Positions 7,184-17,847 of a stretch of 64,000 bases of DNA are shown here, piece after piece. The translations under genes and the position numbers were made by a program. The stretch is from a bacterium (GTDB lineage: Bacteria > Patescibacteriota > Microgenomatia > UBA1406 > GWC2-37-13): the NCBI GenBank assembly GCA_021789995.1, contig JAJYIQ010000003.1, forward strand, positions 7,767 through 71,766, given 5' to 3'. The notes beneath the pieces are model-generated. The model saw only the letters and a program-made list of their open reading frames with translations. It ran no database searches and was not told the DNA's origin. Each line of letters opens with the position of its first letter. Within the stretch, counting starts at the first letter, position 1.

Positions 7184-9528
7184 AGCATGACTTTTTGCTG
7201 AAAGATTTTCATCCCTTCGCTCACCTGCATCCAGAAGAAGGCCCACAACCAGACAAAAATTACCTGCCACAATACTAGCTTTCCGGACATTAAAAATCCG
7301 GTCAGGGCCAATCCCGTTGCCACTAATTGGGTGATGGTCGTTGCCAGTATCACCTGAATGCTTGGAAAAAATTTCCACCAGCGTTCTTTGGTATGGGCAA
7401 CATAAATAAGCATATGGCCGGAAACGGTCAGTTTGAGGAAAAACATCGATTGGAGAATGTTCCAATTTAAATGCCAGATATTTCGCATCAGAAAAAATAG
7501 TAACAGACTGTTAACAATACCGGCCACGCCGTATAGCGATCCCAGTACGAACCGTTTCTTGACTTCAATCCGCGCCGGCCGGTGGGCGATTTTCACCCGG
7601 TCAAACGCCAGGGAAATAATCGGGATGTCATTTAACAAAGCAATAAGTATTATTTGCAATGACGTCATCGGATAACTGCCGTAAAAGATACCTAAAACGG
7701 TAATCGTTACGATAAGACGCAGGCTTTCGGAAATACGATAAAGGGAATAAACATACAGCCGCTCGAAGATTTTTCGGCTTTCGATAATGGCATCCCGGAT
7801 GACACTGATGCCGTCTGATAGAAGAACGATATCGGCCGTCGCCTTCAAAGCGGCAACGGCGTTTTTGACGGCAATCCCGACATTGGCCGCCTTGATCGCC
7901 GGCAGGTCGTTAACGCCGTCACCGTTGGCGGCGACGATAAAAAACTGTTTTGCCTTTTGAACCAAGTGAAATTTGTCTTCCGGCAAAATTTCGGCAAAGG
8001 CCCCTGTTTTTTGGAAAAAATCGGCCGACATTTTATTCTTGTCCGTTTTATCCAGCTCATCTTTCGTCACAATCCGGCCTTTACTAATCGATAGCTGTCT
8101 CGCAATCTGAGCCGCAATCGCCCGGTTGTCGCCGGTGACCATACTAATACCAATGCCGTTTTCCACCAAAAACTGGACGACCGATTTGGCATCCGGCCGG
8201 AGAGTATCGGATAAAGCCATTAAGCCAACTATCTTCATCTTTTCCTCCCGATTGTTATCGGCGACGGCAACAGCCAGCGTCCGGTAACCGGCGGCAGCTA
8301 AAGTCGCGACCTCCCGGATGAATTTTCCCTCCATTTGGTGATCGAGGGAACAAAAACCGGCGACGATCTGCGGCGCGCCGACGGTGATCGTCGTGTACTT
8401 ACCCTCCCGTTCGATGACAATCGTGCTCCGTTTCCGGTCGGAATCGGCCGGGACGAAATTACATTTGGTAAACGGCGGCAAAGGCAGACGGATGGACTGG
8501 GCTTTCTCCATAATAGCCGCATCGATCGGATTATCGCTTTCGACGGAAGCGGGAATGGCGGCATAAGCGACCACGTCGTTGTGGGTAAAACCATCGTAAG
8601 CATAAATATCCTGGACGGTGATTTTATTTTTAGTCAGCGTCCCGGTTTTATCCGTCAACAGAAAATTGACGTTGGCCAAATCATCCAAAGCCGACAGCCG
8701 GCGGACGATGGCGTTTTTTTTGGCCAGGGCCAACACGCCGAATTCGATGATTAAGGTCATTACTGTCGGCAAACTGACGGGAATACCGGCAATAATCAGA
8801 CTTAAATCAAGAGTCAACAGTTCCAGAAAAGGTGCTTTTTCCAGAAGTAATATGATGGTTAAAATGAAGACGGCAGCTATACTTAAGACGGTAAGAAATC
8901 GGGAAATATTGATAATGTCTTTTTCCAACAGGCTTTGTTTCCGTACCCGTTCGACGGAAAAAAGCGTCTTGCCGAAATTCGTTCGCGGGCCGGTAGCAAT
9001 GACGTTAACGATCACGATGCCGGTCGCGATAAACGAACCGGAAAAAACTGCCTCACCCGCTTTTTTATCCTTGGGAAGAGATTCACCGGTGAGGACTGAT
9101 TCATTGACGGAGATGTGGTCCCCTTCGACGATTTTACCGTCGGCCGGGACGACTTCGCCGGTTGATAATTTTATAATGTCGCCTGCCACCAATAACCGTG
9201 TACTTATATGCTGCCAGTGATTATCTCGAAAAACTTTGATTTTTTGTTCAAGATTTTTATTGAGTTTGTTGATCGCCTGATCGGCTTTATTTTCCTGCCA
9301 AAGAGTAATTCCGACATTTAGTATTAAAAGAATAAGGATAAAACTGCCGTCAAATGTTTTACCCAAAAAATAAGACAGGATCGCGGCCAAAAAAAGCATT
9401 AGGGAAATGGGGGAGGCAAGATTTTTTCCGATCTTTTGCAGGAAACCCGGCTTCTTTTCCGGAATCTCGTTCGGACCGTCTTGTTTAAAAAGTAAATCAG
9501 CCTGAGCAGCGGTTAATCCAGTATACAT
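7180..9528 (-). CDS. P-type ATPase, plasma-membrane proton-efflux (P3A)-like
   Basis: LTGES, DKTGTLT, TGDN, GDGVND, IIAGIPVSLP, ALLND. Confidence 0.9.
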   Translation of the reverse strand: MYTGLTAAQADLLFKQDGPNEIPEKKPGFLQKIGKNLASPISLMLFLAAILSYFLGKTFDGSFILILLILNVGITLWQENKADQAINKLNKNLEQKIKVFRDNHWQHISTRLLVAGDIIKLSTGEVVPADGKIVEGDHISVNESVLTGESLPKDKKAGEAVFSGSFIATGIVIVNVIATGPRTNFGKTLFSVERVRKQSLLEKDIINISRFLTVLSIAAVFILTIILLLEKAPFLELLTLDLSLIIAGIPVSLPTVMTLIIEFGVLALAKKNAIVRRLSALDDLANVNFLLTDKTGTLTKNKITVQDIYAYDGFTHNDVVAYAAIPASVESDNPIDAAIMEKAQSIRLPLPPFTKCNFVPADSDRKRSTIVIEREGKYTTITVGAPQIVAGFCSLDHQMEGKFIREVATLAAAGYRTLAVAVADNNREEKMKIVGLMALSDTLRPDAKSVVQFLVENGIGISMVTGDNRAIAAQIARQLSISKGRIVTKDELDKTDKNKMSADFFQKTGAFAEILPEDKFHLVQKAKQFFIVAANGDGVNDLPAIKAANVGIAVKNAVAALKATADIVLLSDGISVIRDAIIESRKIFERLYVYSLYRISESLRLIVTITVLGIFYGSYPMTSLQIILIALLNDIPIISLAFDRVKIAHRPARIEVKKRFVLGSLYGVAGIVNSLLLFFLMRNIWHLNWNILQSMFFLKLTVSGHMLIYVAHTKERWWKFFPSIQVILATTITQLVATGLALTGFLMSGKLVLWQVIFVWLWAFFWMQVSEGMKIFQQKVML

Positions 9529-9599
9529 ATCTATAATTATAGATAATTATCAATGGTTGTTATTGAAATTTCTAGAAAGTTCATGTAATACTTGTATTA

Positions 9600-10562
9600 A
9601 TGGACAAAAATGCTTTTGTCAAGTATTTTGTTATACCTGGAATATTGATTTTTTTACTGGCGCTTTTTGTCCTGGCAAATATTTTTGCTCCTCCCGGTAA
9701 GGGAAATATTTTTTCTCCCCCACAATCATCCGAACCGCCCTGGGCAAAGCCTCCGACATCGGCCCCGACCGTGATACCTAAATGGGTCGGTGAAGAATAC
9801 AATCAAATCGAAGTGGATCTGCGAAATTTTCCCCGGACCTATTGGGCTGGGAACGGCGTCGCCAATCCGCAGATGTCGGATAAAATCATTACCGCCAGTC
9901 CGGTCGATCCGGCGCAGATTGAGAGAATTTATAAATTCCGCTCTTGCCACGGACACGATTATTACGGGGCGGATTATGACGGAAGCGCAGAACCTAACAG
10001 CTCGATGAAGGATTATTTTAAACCGCTTGAAAGCCTGGAAAATACGAATAACAAGGTGAAGATTTTTGCCCCGTTTGACGGGGTGATCGTCCAAATCGAC
10101 CCCATGGATATTGTCCGGGGCCGCCATTTTATGATCATGCACGAACCTTTTGACGGCTGGTATGCGACTTTCATCCACATCAACTTTAAAGACTCGGAAA
10201 TTTATGAAGGCGCTCATGTCAAAGCCGGACAGCTTCTGGGATACGCGGTTACCGACAACTATGGACGGGACTTCGATTTTGCCCTGCAGCGATTTAAATA
10301 TGAAAATGTCCAATATAACGGCGCCTACGTCAACGATAATTTCCAAACATATCTGACACAAAATCTCGAACCGCCCTTTGCCCATATGACAAATGCCGTG
10401 CTCGCCCAGTGGGTAGTTAAAGGAGCGACGGCGTCCGACACGATTGTCAGCAAAGCGGACCGCGAAGCCAATCCCTGCACCTGCAAGGGTGGGGCGCCGG
10501 GAACGACCAGCTGTCATTACCATAATCCCAATGGCATGGATAGTGTTGTTGTAAAACAATGA
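9600..10562 (+). CDS. Membrane-anchored exported protein with M23-like barrel-sandwich region
   Basis: N-terminal TM; IFAPFDGVIV...FIHI...VKAGQLLG. Confidence 0.65.
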   Translation: MDKNAFVKYFVIPGILIFLLALFVLANIFAPPGKGNIFSPPQSSEPPWAKPPTSAPTVIPKWVGEEYNQIEVDLRNFPRTYWAGNGVANPQMSDKIITASPVDPAQIERIYKFRSCHGHDYYGADYDGSAEPNSSMKDYFKPLESLENTNNKVKIFAPFDGVIVQIDPMDIVRGRHFMIMHEPFDGWYATFIHINFKDSEIYEGAHVKAGQLLGYAVTDNYGRDFDFALQRFKYENVQYNGAYVNDNFQTYLTQNLEPPFAHMTNAVLAQWVVKGATASDTIVSKADREANPCTCKGGAPGTTSCHYHNPNGMDSVVVKQ

Positions 10563-10972
10563 TTAAACACAAATATTTGCTTTGGAAAATTTTGGGCCTG
10601 GTTTTCATCGTAATATTGGCATTTTTTGTCGTCGGAATATGGCGTGCCATGCACCCGACTGCCACCAGTAATCTTCAGGGGACGTGGACGACATTCAAAC
10701 CGGCGACGGCTGATTCTCCGGTAGTAACCATTATGTTTGCTAAAAATTTGACCGGCATTAAATACGCCATGGAAAACATAAGCTATATGGCTTCACGTTT
10801 TCAATATCAGGCGATAAATGGTCACACGCTGACAATCACCGATCAATCCGGAAGCAAAAACGTGACGGTTAAAATGCCGAATATCGACACCCTGATACTC
10901 AATACCGACGGCAATGAAGTTACTTTCCACCGGTCCAAGCTTGACTACGGGTATCTAAATACGTGGTATTAA
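10559..10972 (+). CDS. Hypothetical membrane-anchored protein
   Basis: N-terminal TM, LQGTW motif, ATGA-coupled to the upstream gene. Confidence 0.65.
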   Translation: MIKHKYLLWKILGLVFIVILAFFVVGIWRAMHPTATSNLQGTWTTFKPATADSPVVTIMFAKNLTGIKYAMENISYMASRFQYQAINGHTLTITDQSGSKNVTVKMPNIDTLILNTDGNEVTFHRSKLDYGYLNTWY

Positions 10973-10976
10973 ATAA

Positions 10977-11456
10977 ATGAAGAAAAAAATTCCCTTTACC
11001 CGCGACGGGTTAATGCAAATACAAGTAGAGTATGAATTGCTGGAAAAAAGTCGGCCGGACGCCGTTAATGATCTTCGGCTTGCCCGAGAAAAAGGCGATT
11101 TAAGTGAAAATACCGCCTACCGCGCCGCCCGATCGAAGCTCTCCTCGATTGACAACCGTTTGCGCCGGTTGAAACGATTGCTTGACAATGCTTACGTCGT
11201 TGAAAACAAAAATGCCGATTTTATCGACATCGGCACTTTTGTAACTATTGTCGATGACAATAACATCAGCCAATCTTTTCAGGTCGTCAGTACCCACGAA
11301 GCCGACATTAACCGGGGAAAAATCTCCTCCTACTCACCGCTTGGGAAATCCCTTATCGGCAAGAGGACAAATGATAAAGTTACGATAATTACTCCGTCGG
11401 GAGTCAAGACTTACATGATAAAAAATATTTCTCTCGAAAGAACAATTAAATCATAG
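10977..11456 (+). CDS. greA: Transcription elongation factor GreA
   Basis: AREKGDLSENTAY, ISSYSPLGKSLIG. Confidence 0.9.
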   Translation: MKKKIPFTRDGLMQIQVEYELLEKSRPDAVNDLRLAREKGDLSENTAYRAARSKLSSIDNRLRRLKRLLDNAYVVENKNADFIDIGTFVTIVDDNNISQSFQVVSTHEADINRGKISSYSPLGKSLIGKRTNDKVTIITPSGVKTYMIKNISLERTIKS

Positions 11457-11539
11457 CATAATCCATAATTATCGGTCTTCTCGACTAACCGGACGCAGCC
11501 ACGAGCAACCAAGACAAAAAACAATTACCACATACAATA

Positions 11540-11959
11540 TTATTTAACTGCCTGCTTCACGAGAGCGGCAATTTTGGCTTCTACGGCCGGGGTTATTTTT
11601 GTAATAGCATACGTCACCGGCCAAAAATTGCCTTCGTCAAGGTTTGCTTTGTCGCTGAAACCTAATGTCGAGTATCTCGTTTTAAATTTACTCGCGTATT
11701 GGAAAAAACATACCACTTTACCATCGTTAGTTGCATATGCGGGAAACCCATACCAGGTTTTCGGAATAAGTTTTGGAGTGGTCTTTTTAATAATCTCATG
11801 GACTTGTTTGGCCAAACTCCGATCCGGTTCCGGCAGCTTGGTGATCGCCGCCAGCACGACACTTTCCCCTTCGGTTTTACCTTCCCGCAATTCCCGGGCA
11901 CGCTCCCGCATCGCCGCTTTCTCTTCATCCGAAAATCCCTTCTGTTTTGTGTTTTTCAT
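11540..11959 (-). CDS. DUF1801/YdhG-like protein
   Basis: PKTWYGFPAYA, KFKTRYSTLGFSD. Confidence 0.75.
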   Translation of the reverse strand: MKNTKQKGFSDEEKAAMRERARELREGKTEGESVVLAAITKLPEPDRSLAKQVHEIIKKTTPKLIPKTWYGFPAYATNDGKVVCFFQYASKFKTRYSTLGFSDKANLDEGNFWPVTYAITKITPAVEAKIAALVKQAVK

Positions 11960-12141
11960 GATTTATTAAATTTATTAATGCGTTAATAATAGCAGAATAT
12001 ATTTTAAAAAATGTAATATTTAAACCAAATACTAGAAGTTATTTTTCCCAGTCTTATTATAGGCCGGTTAAAAAACGGCTTGAATATCGTTCTTACCATC
12101 TCGGCTATTTTGGCATTTTTGGGGCCACAACCGGCGATCTC

Positions 12142-12813
12142 TTATTTTGCCAGCAGTTTGAACAACCAACCGAATACACTAAATGATTGCTCTTCCAAGT
12201 TTATTTTATCCTGAAGAGCAGTGTTTTGATCAGTCAGCGTTTGAATCGCCGTCTGCACGAGGGTGATGTCGCCGGAATTGGTCAGCTGGGACTGCAACTC
12301 CTGCAGTTGTTTTATCCGTAACTGGTTTTGTTCTATCTGAACTTGCAGGTTTTTGACCGCGCCGAAATCGGTACCGGTCAACAGCCGTAACAGCTGGTTT
12401 TTAGAATCCAAATTGTTCAACTGAGTTTGGATCTGGGTCTGGGCCTGGTTTTGTTCCCGGGCAATCTGCCTGACCTGTTTACCGATCCCGCCTTCCGTCC
12501 TCACCTGCAGTAATTGCTGGACCTGGGTCGCTACCGCGCTCATGTGAAGAACTGCCTCTTCATTGCGGTTTTGTCCGGCTTCTCTCGTTCCTTCCTTTGG
12601 AGTTTCCATAACGGTAGTTTCCTGCTCCGGTGTCCCCTGATGGATTTGCGTACCCTCACCATGATTTTTAATCTCTGCTTGATTTTGGTTTTCGATCTGT
12701 TTATTTGGTTGTTTGTGTTCTGTTACCGGTTTTTCGCCAATATAGTCCATATTGGCCATCACCGGAAACGACAATATGAAAAAAAGCGCTAAAATAAATA
12801 TATATTTATGCAT
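12142..12813 (-). CDS. Exported coiled-coil hypothetical protein
   Basis: SD GGAGGTG before MHKYIF; signal peptide; GGIGKQVRQIA and FGWL motifs. Confidence 0.7.
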   Translation of the reverse strand: MHKYIFILALFFILSFPVMANMDYIGEKPVTEHKQPNKQIENQNQAEIKNHGEGTQIHQGTPEQETTVMETPKEGTREAGQNRNEEAVLHMSAVATQVQQLLQVRTEGGIGKQVRQIAREQNQAQTQIQTQLNNLDSKNQLLRLLTGTDFGAVKNLQVQIEQNQLRIKQLQELQSQLTNSGDITLVQTAIQTLTDQNTALQDKINLEEQSFSVFGWLFKLLAK

Positions 12814-12875
12814 GTACTCACCTCCTTTATATAAATAATAGCAAACCGGCGAGCCGATTTCTACCGGTGATAGAA

Positions 12876-13142
12876 TTAGAAGCAGTAACCTAATAAACAA
12901 ATTGGTAAATCATTATTTAAATACCATTTATTATGAAATTTAACAATCTTAATCGTTTCGCCCGAAGTCAGTTTGCATAATCCGTAATTGTCGGTTTTTT
13001 CAACTAATTGAGCACATCCCCGGAAAGCATAATAATTTTCAAATGTGCGATGCGCTTTGCGTAATGTTACCCATTGGTTTATAGCCACTGCCAGAATAAA
13101 TATTATTATCGCTCCCGATATCACCAAATATAATTTTCTCAT
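12876..13142 (-). CDS. Small membrane-anchored hypothetical protein
   Basis: N-terminal TM; FENYYAFRGC; four Cys. Confidence 0.6.
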   Translation of the reverse strand: MRKLYLVISGAIIIFILAVAINQWVTLRKAHRTFENYYAFRGCAQLVEKTDNYGLCKLTSGETIKIVKFHNKWYLNNDLPICLLGYCF

Positions 13143-13200
13143 ATACGGTATTAGTCCGGGCAAATCTTATCAATCATTCTAAACGTGCTATACTTCCCAT

Positions 13201-14955
13201 ATGAATAAGGAGCTGAAAGAAATCATGACGGGAATAAAACGCTCCGTCTCCCTGCTAAGCTCCCGGGAGAAAAAAAGTCTGGCGGTCGCCACCATTCTTA
13301 TCCTCATTTCCGGCGTTCTAAACAATTTGCCGGCGGTCATTTTGGGGCGGCTGGTCGATAAAATAGCCGGTCTGTCTCCAATCCCCTTCGGTTTGATTAC
13401 ACCATTTTTGTTGCTTATTATCGCCATCATTTTGATCAAGGAGGGATTGAATGTCATTTGGAAATATCTCATTGAAAATATTGCTACCCAAGTGGATAAG
13501 GAACAGACAGTCACCGTCATCGACCGGCTCTTGAAAACCGATATCGGCGGCTTTTTGCAAAAGCAGGCGATAGGCGCCATCCATGGCCGGGTCTTTCGCT
13601 CGATCCAGGGATTGATATTGATTCTGAAATTGACTTTCCGGGAATTCGCCCCGCTTTTTTTCAGTGCCCTGGCGGCAATCGCCATCGCTTTTTACCAGAA
13701 ACCGCCGATTGCCACGGTGATGATTCTTGTCATCCCGACCGGTTTATTTATCATCATTAAACAGGTCTCTTCCCAAAAAGGGATCCGCGTGTCTCTTCTT
13801 CGCGGCAAGGAACAGATCGACGGCAAAGTGGTAGAAATGTTAGGCGGCATCGAAACAATCCGCACTTTAAATACCGTACCGCAGGAGGTCGGCAAGATCG
13901 AAGGCATTGCTGAACGGTTACGGGTAATCGAGATCCGTCATCATATTTACATGGCCCTTTTTGATGCCGCCAAATATTTAAACGAAAGCTTTTTTTATAT
14001 CCTCGTCGTCGTCCTGGCCATATTTTTTGCCGCCAACGGGATAATCACTAAAGGCGATATTCTCGTTTATTCCATCCTGTTTTTGAGTATTACTTCGCCG
14101 CTAAGGGAAATCCACCGGATTCTTGACCAAGCCCATGAAAATTCCATCCGGGTAAACGATTTATACGACTTGCTGCACCAACCGATCGACATTTCATACT
14201 CGGCCAAAAAAGGCCCGGCGGCCGACAGACAAAAAACGGCCGTAATCATAAAAGATTTGCGTTTTACTTATCCCGGAAAAGCCGATATCCCGCTTGATGG
14301 CGTCAATCTGACGATCGAAACCGGCCAAAGCATTGGTATCGCCGGCGTCTCGGGCGGCGGGAAAACGACTTTCATCCATATTCTTTTGAAACTGATCCAC
14401 GGCTACTCCGGCGAAATCATTCTCTTTGGTAAAAATTTAAAAAATATCAGCCGGGAAGAAATCGCCGCCAAAATCGCCTATGTTCCCCAGCGGCCGTTTA
14501 TTTTTTCGGGGACGATAAAAGAGAATATTGCCTACGGCGTTGATCATCCGGCGGAGGCGGAAATTATTGCCGCGGCTAAAAAAACCCATATTTACAACGA
14601 AATTATGAACGATTTGGGCGGATTGAATGGCCCGGTGGACGAAAACGGTGCCAATTTAAGCGGCGGCCAAAGGCAGCGGCTGGCGATCGCGCGGGTGTTG
14701 CTGCAAAAACCGGAACTTATTATATTTGATGAAGCGACATCGGCACTCGATAATACCAATGAGGTAATTATCCAAAAAAATATCGAAAAGGAATTTCGGG
14801 GAAAGACGATGATGACGATCGCCCACCGGCTGACAACGCTGAAAGACTGCGACCGGATCATGGTTTTTGACCGGGGGAAAATCGTTCAGACGGGAACATT
14901 CGCTGAGCTTTCGGCCGCCAACGGCCTGTTTCGCACTTTCTTAAGGCAACATTAA
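13201..14955 (+). CDS. ABC exporter, fused permease and ATPase
   Basis: GVSGGGKTT, LSGGQRQR, IIFDEATSALD, IAHRL. Confidence 0.95.
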   Translation: MNKELKEIMTGIKRSVSLLSSREKKSLAVATILILISGVLNNLPAVILGRLVDKIAGLSPIPFGLITPFLLLIIAIILIKEGLNVIWKYLIENIATQVDKEQTVTVIDRLLKTDIGGFLQKQAIGAIHGRVFRSIQGLILILKLTFREFAPLFFSALAAIAIAFYQKPPIATVMILVIPTGLFIIIKQVSSQKGIRVSLLRGKEQIDGKVVEMLGGIETIRTLNTVPQEVGKIEGIAERLRVIEIRHHIYMALFDAAKYLNESFFYILVVVLAIFFAANGIITKGDILVYSILFLSITSPLREIHRILDQAHENSIRVNDLYDLLHQPIDISYSAKKGPAADRQKTAVIIKDLRFTYPGKADIPLDGVNLTIETGQSIGIAGVSGGGKTTFIHILLKLIHGYSGEIILFGKNLKNISREEIAAKIAYVPQRPFIFSGTIKENIAYGVDHPAEAEIIAAAKKTHIYNEIMNDLGGLNGPVDENGANLSGGQRQRLAIARVLLQKPELIIFDEATSALDNTNEVIIQKNIEKEFRGKTMMTIAHRLTTLKDCDRIMVFDRGKIVQTGTFAELSAANGLFRTFLRQH

Positions 14956-15004
14956 AATCAGCATTATTGACAATCACCGTGATATTTAGTAATTTAATTA
15001 TCCT

Positions 15005-15255
15005 ATGAATCTCCAAGTCGATGAATTTTTACGCAAAACTAAACAATGGCGGGAAAAATTTTCAAACTGTTTTTTAAAGGAGTATTACTGGAGAATCCCA
15101 AAAGGATTCTAATCCAGCAAACGGAAAATGTCCATGCAGGCCGCCAAAGAGCTTACCTTTTTTACTTTGCCCAGGCCAAACGATCAAAAACCCGTGAAGA
15201 AAGAATCGCCAAATATCTGCCGCAAATTCTTAAAGGAAAAGGATTAAACGATTAG
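15005..15255 (+). pseudogene. Internally deleted YdeI/OmpD-associated family gene
   Basis: MNLQVDEFLRKTKQWREK in one frame, then LFFKG..ILIQQTENV.AGRQ joined directly to RAY..YFAQAK.SKTRE.RI..Y...IL.GKGLND. Confidence 0.65.
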
Positions 15256-15311
15256 TTGACAGCCCTTTTAGCTAAATAACATACCGAATCAACGCCATCT
15301 TTTAAACAAAA

Positions 15312-16592
15312 TTACCGGTCATACGTTTGGGCATTTTCGGTAAATCCGGTAACCTGGTCAGCCCTCTTTCCTTCAAACAATTCCGCCTTTATTTTTCTGT
15401 CCCCTAACATCTGGACTAAAAATGTCCCTTCGGTCTGAAAATTAGCCGGGGCGGGAGAGCCCTCTGTCAAGCGGTCGCTCATTACTTCATATTTAACCAA
15501 ACCGGAAGTGACACCAATCTTTGCGGGATCCGGCTTGTTATTCTTAACAAAGTAAACCGAATTGGTCGGAATGTAGCCTATTTGGATCACGGACGGGTCT
15601 AAACTGAAATAAAAAAAGGATAAGGTTGGCATACCTCTCTTAAATTTTTTGTCTTCTTTTAAGGGAAACCAGTTTCCGACAAGCTTGCCGTCAACATCGT
15701 AAGCAAACTCCCCCGCTCTGGGTTCCGGCCTGATTGGCAATTTAGTGTAAAGCTGGCTTCTTAAAGGCTCGGCAAAGTAATCCAGCGGGTTAACGGAATG
15801 GCCCGATTTAGTACCGTATCTCTCGGGATGAATAAAATGGGCCTGTCTATTTAAATCAACCGCCCAGAGATCTACAGCGTCTATTGTCGGACCGCCGCCT
15901 CCCCGGCCGATAATTTCTCCGGCTTTGACGGGAATTTCATAAAAATTCTGGTCGCCTTCTGTAAGATTACCTACTTTATTCTTAATATCCGGAGATAAAT
16001 CAGTCAGATGGCAGATCATGAGAAATAAATTCTTTGAATATTGAAAATTCAGAGTATAATCATCCATTCTGCTCACATGATCGTTTGCCTCCCAACGGGC
16101 TTTCTGGTATTCGACCTGGACCAGATATCCGTCCGCTACAGCCCTGACATCGTAGGCTTGGGTCCGACCGGTTTTTTTATCTCCTTCGTGAACGTAAATA
16201 TGGTCGGCCGGGACATTATGGGATCCTGCCCCGGACGAATCCTGGGCCACGCCGGAATTAGCGCCGCCTAAAGGGCCAATTGACGTAATTTTATCAATTG
16301 GCATCGGGGGTACCGTAAATTTTACCTCTACGTCTTTTGGGAAAATCTTGCTCGTCAAAAAAATATCCCGGTACCCGCTTGTCTCCTGTTGGTTAGGTTG
16401 GCCGCTATTATTATTTTCCGATCTTTTATCAGAGTTGCCTCCGGTGACCGCCGCTATTATTACAAAAACCGCTATTGCGCTACAAATAAGCGCTATCCAC
16501 CAAAACCGTACGAGAAAAGGTTTTTTTACCGGCTCTTTTACATCTCTAATCTCCTCTACCCGATTGACAGAAGTGTCGATTTTCTCTTCCAT
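15312..16592 (-). CDS. Membrane-anchored exported protein with M23-like region
   Basis: TM; PADHIY, VRAVADG, CHL, VKAGEIIG, YDVDGKLVGNWF. Confidence 0.65.
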   Translation of the reverse strand: MEEKIDTSVNRVEEIRDVKEPVKKPFLVRFWWIALICSAIAVFVIIAAVTGGNSDKRSENNNSGQPNQQETSGYRDIFLTSKIFPKDVEVKFTVPPMPIDKITSIGPLGGANSGVAQDSSGAGSHNVPADHIYVHEGDKKTGRTQAYDVRAVADGYLVQVEYQKARWEANDHVSRMDDYTLNFQYSKNLFLMICHLTDLSPDIKNKVGNLTEGDQNFYEIPVKAGEIIGRGGGGPTIDAVDLWAVDLNRQAHFIHPERYGTKSGHSVNPLDYFAEPLRSQLYTKLPIRPEPRAGEFAYDVDGKLVGNWFPLKEDKKFKRGMPTLSFFYFSLDPSVIQIGYIPTNSVYFVKNNKPDPAKIGVTSGLVKYEVMSDRLTEGSPAPANFQTEGTFLVQMLGDRKIKAELFEGKRADQVTGFTENAQTYDR

Positions 16593-16765
16593 AAGTTCCT
16601 CTCTTTAAATCAGTATAGCAAAACAAGAGAGAAGTTCTATCTTTTAGTAAATAAGCTTTAAAAACAAACAACCCACCGGATTTCTCCGTAACCAAAGAGT
16701 TGATTTTTCTTATCAATACGTTTGAACCTAAATAGTATAATAAAAGTAAATCATATAATAAGGAG

Positions 16766-17176
16766 GTGATAAAAATGTTGAAAGGTTTTAAAGATTTTAT
16801 ATTGAGAGGCAACATGGTTGATCTGGCAGTAGCAGTTGTTATTGGTGCCGCTTTCAGTTCGATAATAAACTCACTGGTTAAAGACTTGATAACACCTTTA
16901 ATTGCCGCAATCGGTGGTAAACCCGACTTCTCTAACATTTATTTTACCGTTAACAAGAGCCGTTTTATGATCGGTGACTTTTTGAATTCCCTTATCTCGT
17001 TTCTTATTATTTCCGCTGTCGTATACTTTTTTGTAATCATGCCTATAAATAAAATAATGGATAGAATGAAAAGCGGTAAAAGCCCGGATCCGACTGAAAA
17101 AGCATGTCCCGAATGCCTCAGTCTTATCCTCATCAAAGCGAGAAGGTGCAAATTTTGTACTGCTGTTCTTAAATAA
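16766..17176 (+). CDS. mscL: Large-conductance mechanosensitive channel with C-terminal CxxC...CxxC
   Basis: FKDFILRGNMVDLAVAVVIGAAF; SD AGGAGG. Confidence 0.95.
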   Translation: MIKMLKGFKDFILRGNMVDLAVAVVIGAAFSSIINSLVKDLITPLIAAIGGKPDFSNIYFTVNKSRFMIGDFLNSLISFLIISAVVYFFVIMPINKIMDRMKSGKSPDPTEKACPECLSLILIKARRCKFCTAVLK

Positions 17177-17317
17177 ATTAAATGGCGATTTGCCGAAGTG
17201 ATTTACCGCCTGATTCTGCAGTAAACCGGTTACAAGCGACTTGAAGCAGACAAACACGGTTATATTAAGTACATTATTGCTCCCCCGAGAGGATTCGAAC
17301 CTCTAACCTCGAAGTTA

Positions 17318-17834
17318 CACTTGCCTTTTTGTTACCAAAAAGAGTGGACTATTTCATCCAGGTATCATTCGATATCTGGTCGGGTGTATAGTCTCTACAC
17401 ATTTTCCTTCGACGATGCTCAGGATTTAGCTCGAGATTAACCTCCGAATCGGAGGTCTTCCTCGAATTAGCCCGATTTTTCCTTTCCGAATTACTTCGGA
17501 AGGCTGCAAAATGCCGGCATGAATTTCTCTATGACAATTGGAACAAACCAAAATGCATTTATTAAGTTCCTTTTTAGTCCGCTCCCAAGATCTGGTTATT
17601 CCATCTTTCGAAAGACCAAAATCTTTCTTGTTTTCATCTAAATGATGAAAATCCAGAGCCGCTTGGCATCGTCTATAGCCACAATTCATGCATCTTCCAC
17701 CTTTATATTCAATCGCTTGTTCCCGAATTCTTTTACGTCTTCGGGTAACTGCCATTATCAAATATTCGCGGCGGTCGGCATAAGTCCTCTTTTCTGACAT
17801 AATCTAATTATAGTCAAAAAGCGACATTAGTGTT
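17318..17834 (-). ncRNA. Group I self-splicing intron (517 nt) at anticodon position 35/36
   Basis: 5' exon ends in U and intron ends in G. P7-type elements GTAGAGACTA and AAATAGTCC. Plausible P1 between exon AGAAGCUGU and GUCGCUUUU. Confidence 0.85.
17426..17800 (-). CDS. Intron-encoded HNH (Zn-finger) homing endonuclease
   Basis: GGRCMNCGY...ALDFHH...KCILVCSNCHREIH; C-terminus reads into the ribozyme core. Confidence 0.85.
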   Translation of the reverse strand: MSEKRTYADRREYLIMAVTRRRKRIREQAIEYKGGRCMNCGYRRCQAALDFHHLDENKKDFGLSKDGITRSWERTKKELNKCILVCSNCHREIHAGILQPSEVIRKGKIGLIRGRPPIRRLISS

Positions 17835-17847
17835 ACAGCTTCTTGCT

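Noticed and set aside
7184..7465. N-terminal extension of the transglycosylase in the ORF track
   Set aside because: Overlaps the P-type ATPase. The start at 7183 gives a normal signal anchor and an ATGA overlap.
9726..10559. 277-aa minus-strand ORF and similar long antisense ORFs (8618-9220, 36098-36667, 54399-54995)
   Set aside because: Shadows of well-supported genes on the opposite strand, with no recognisable motifs.
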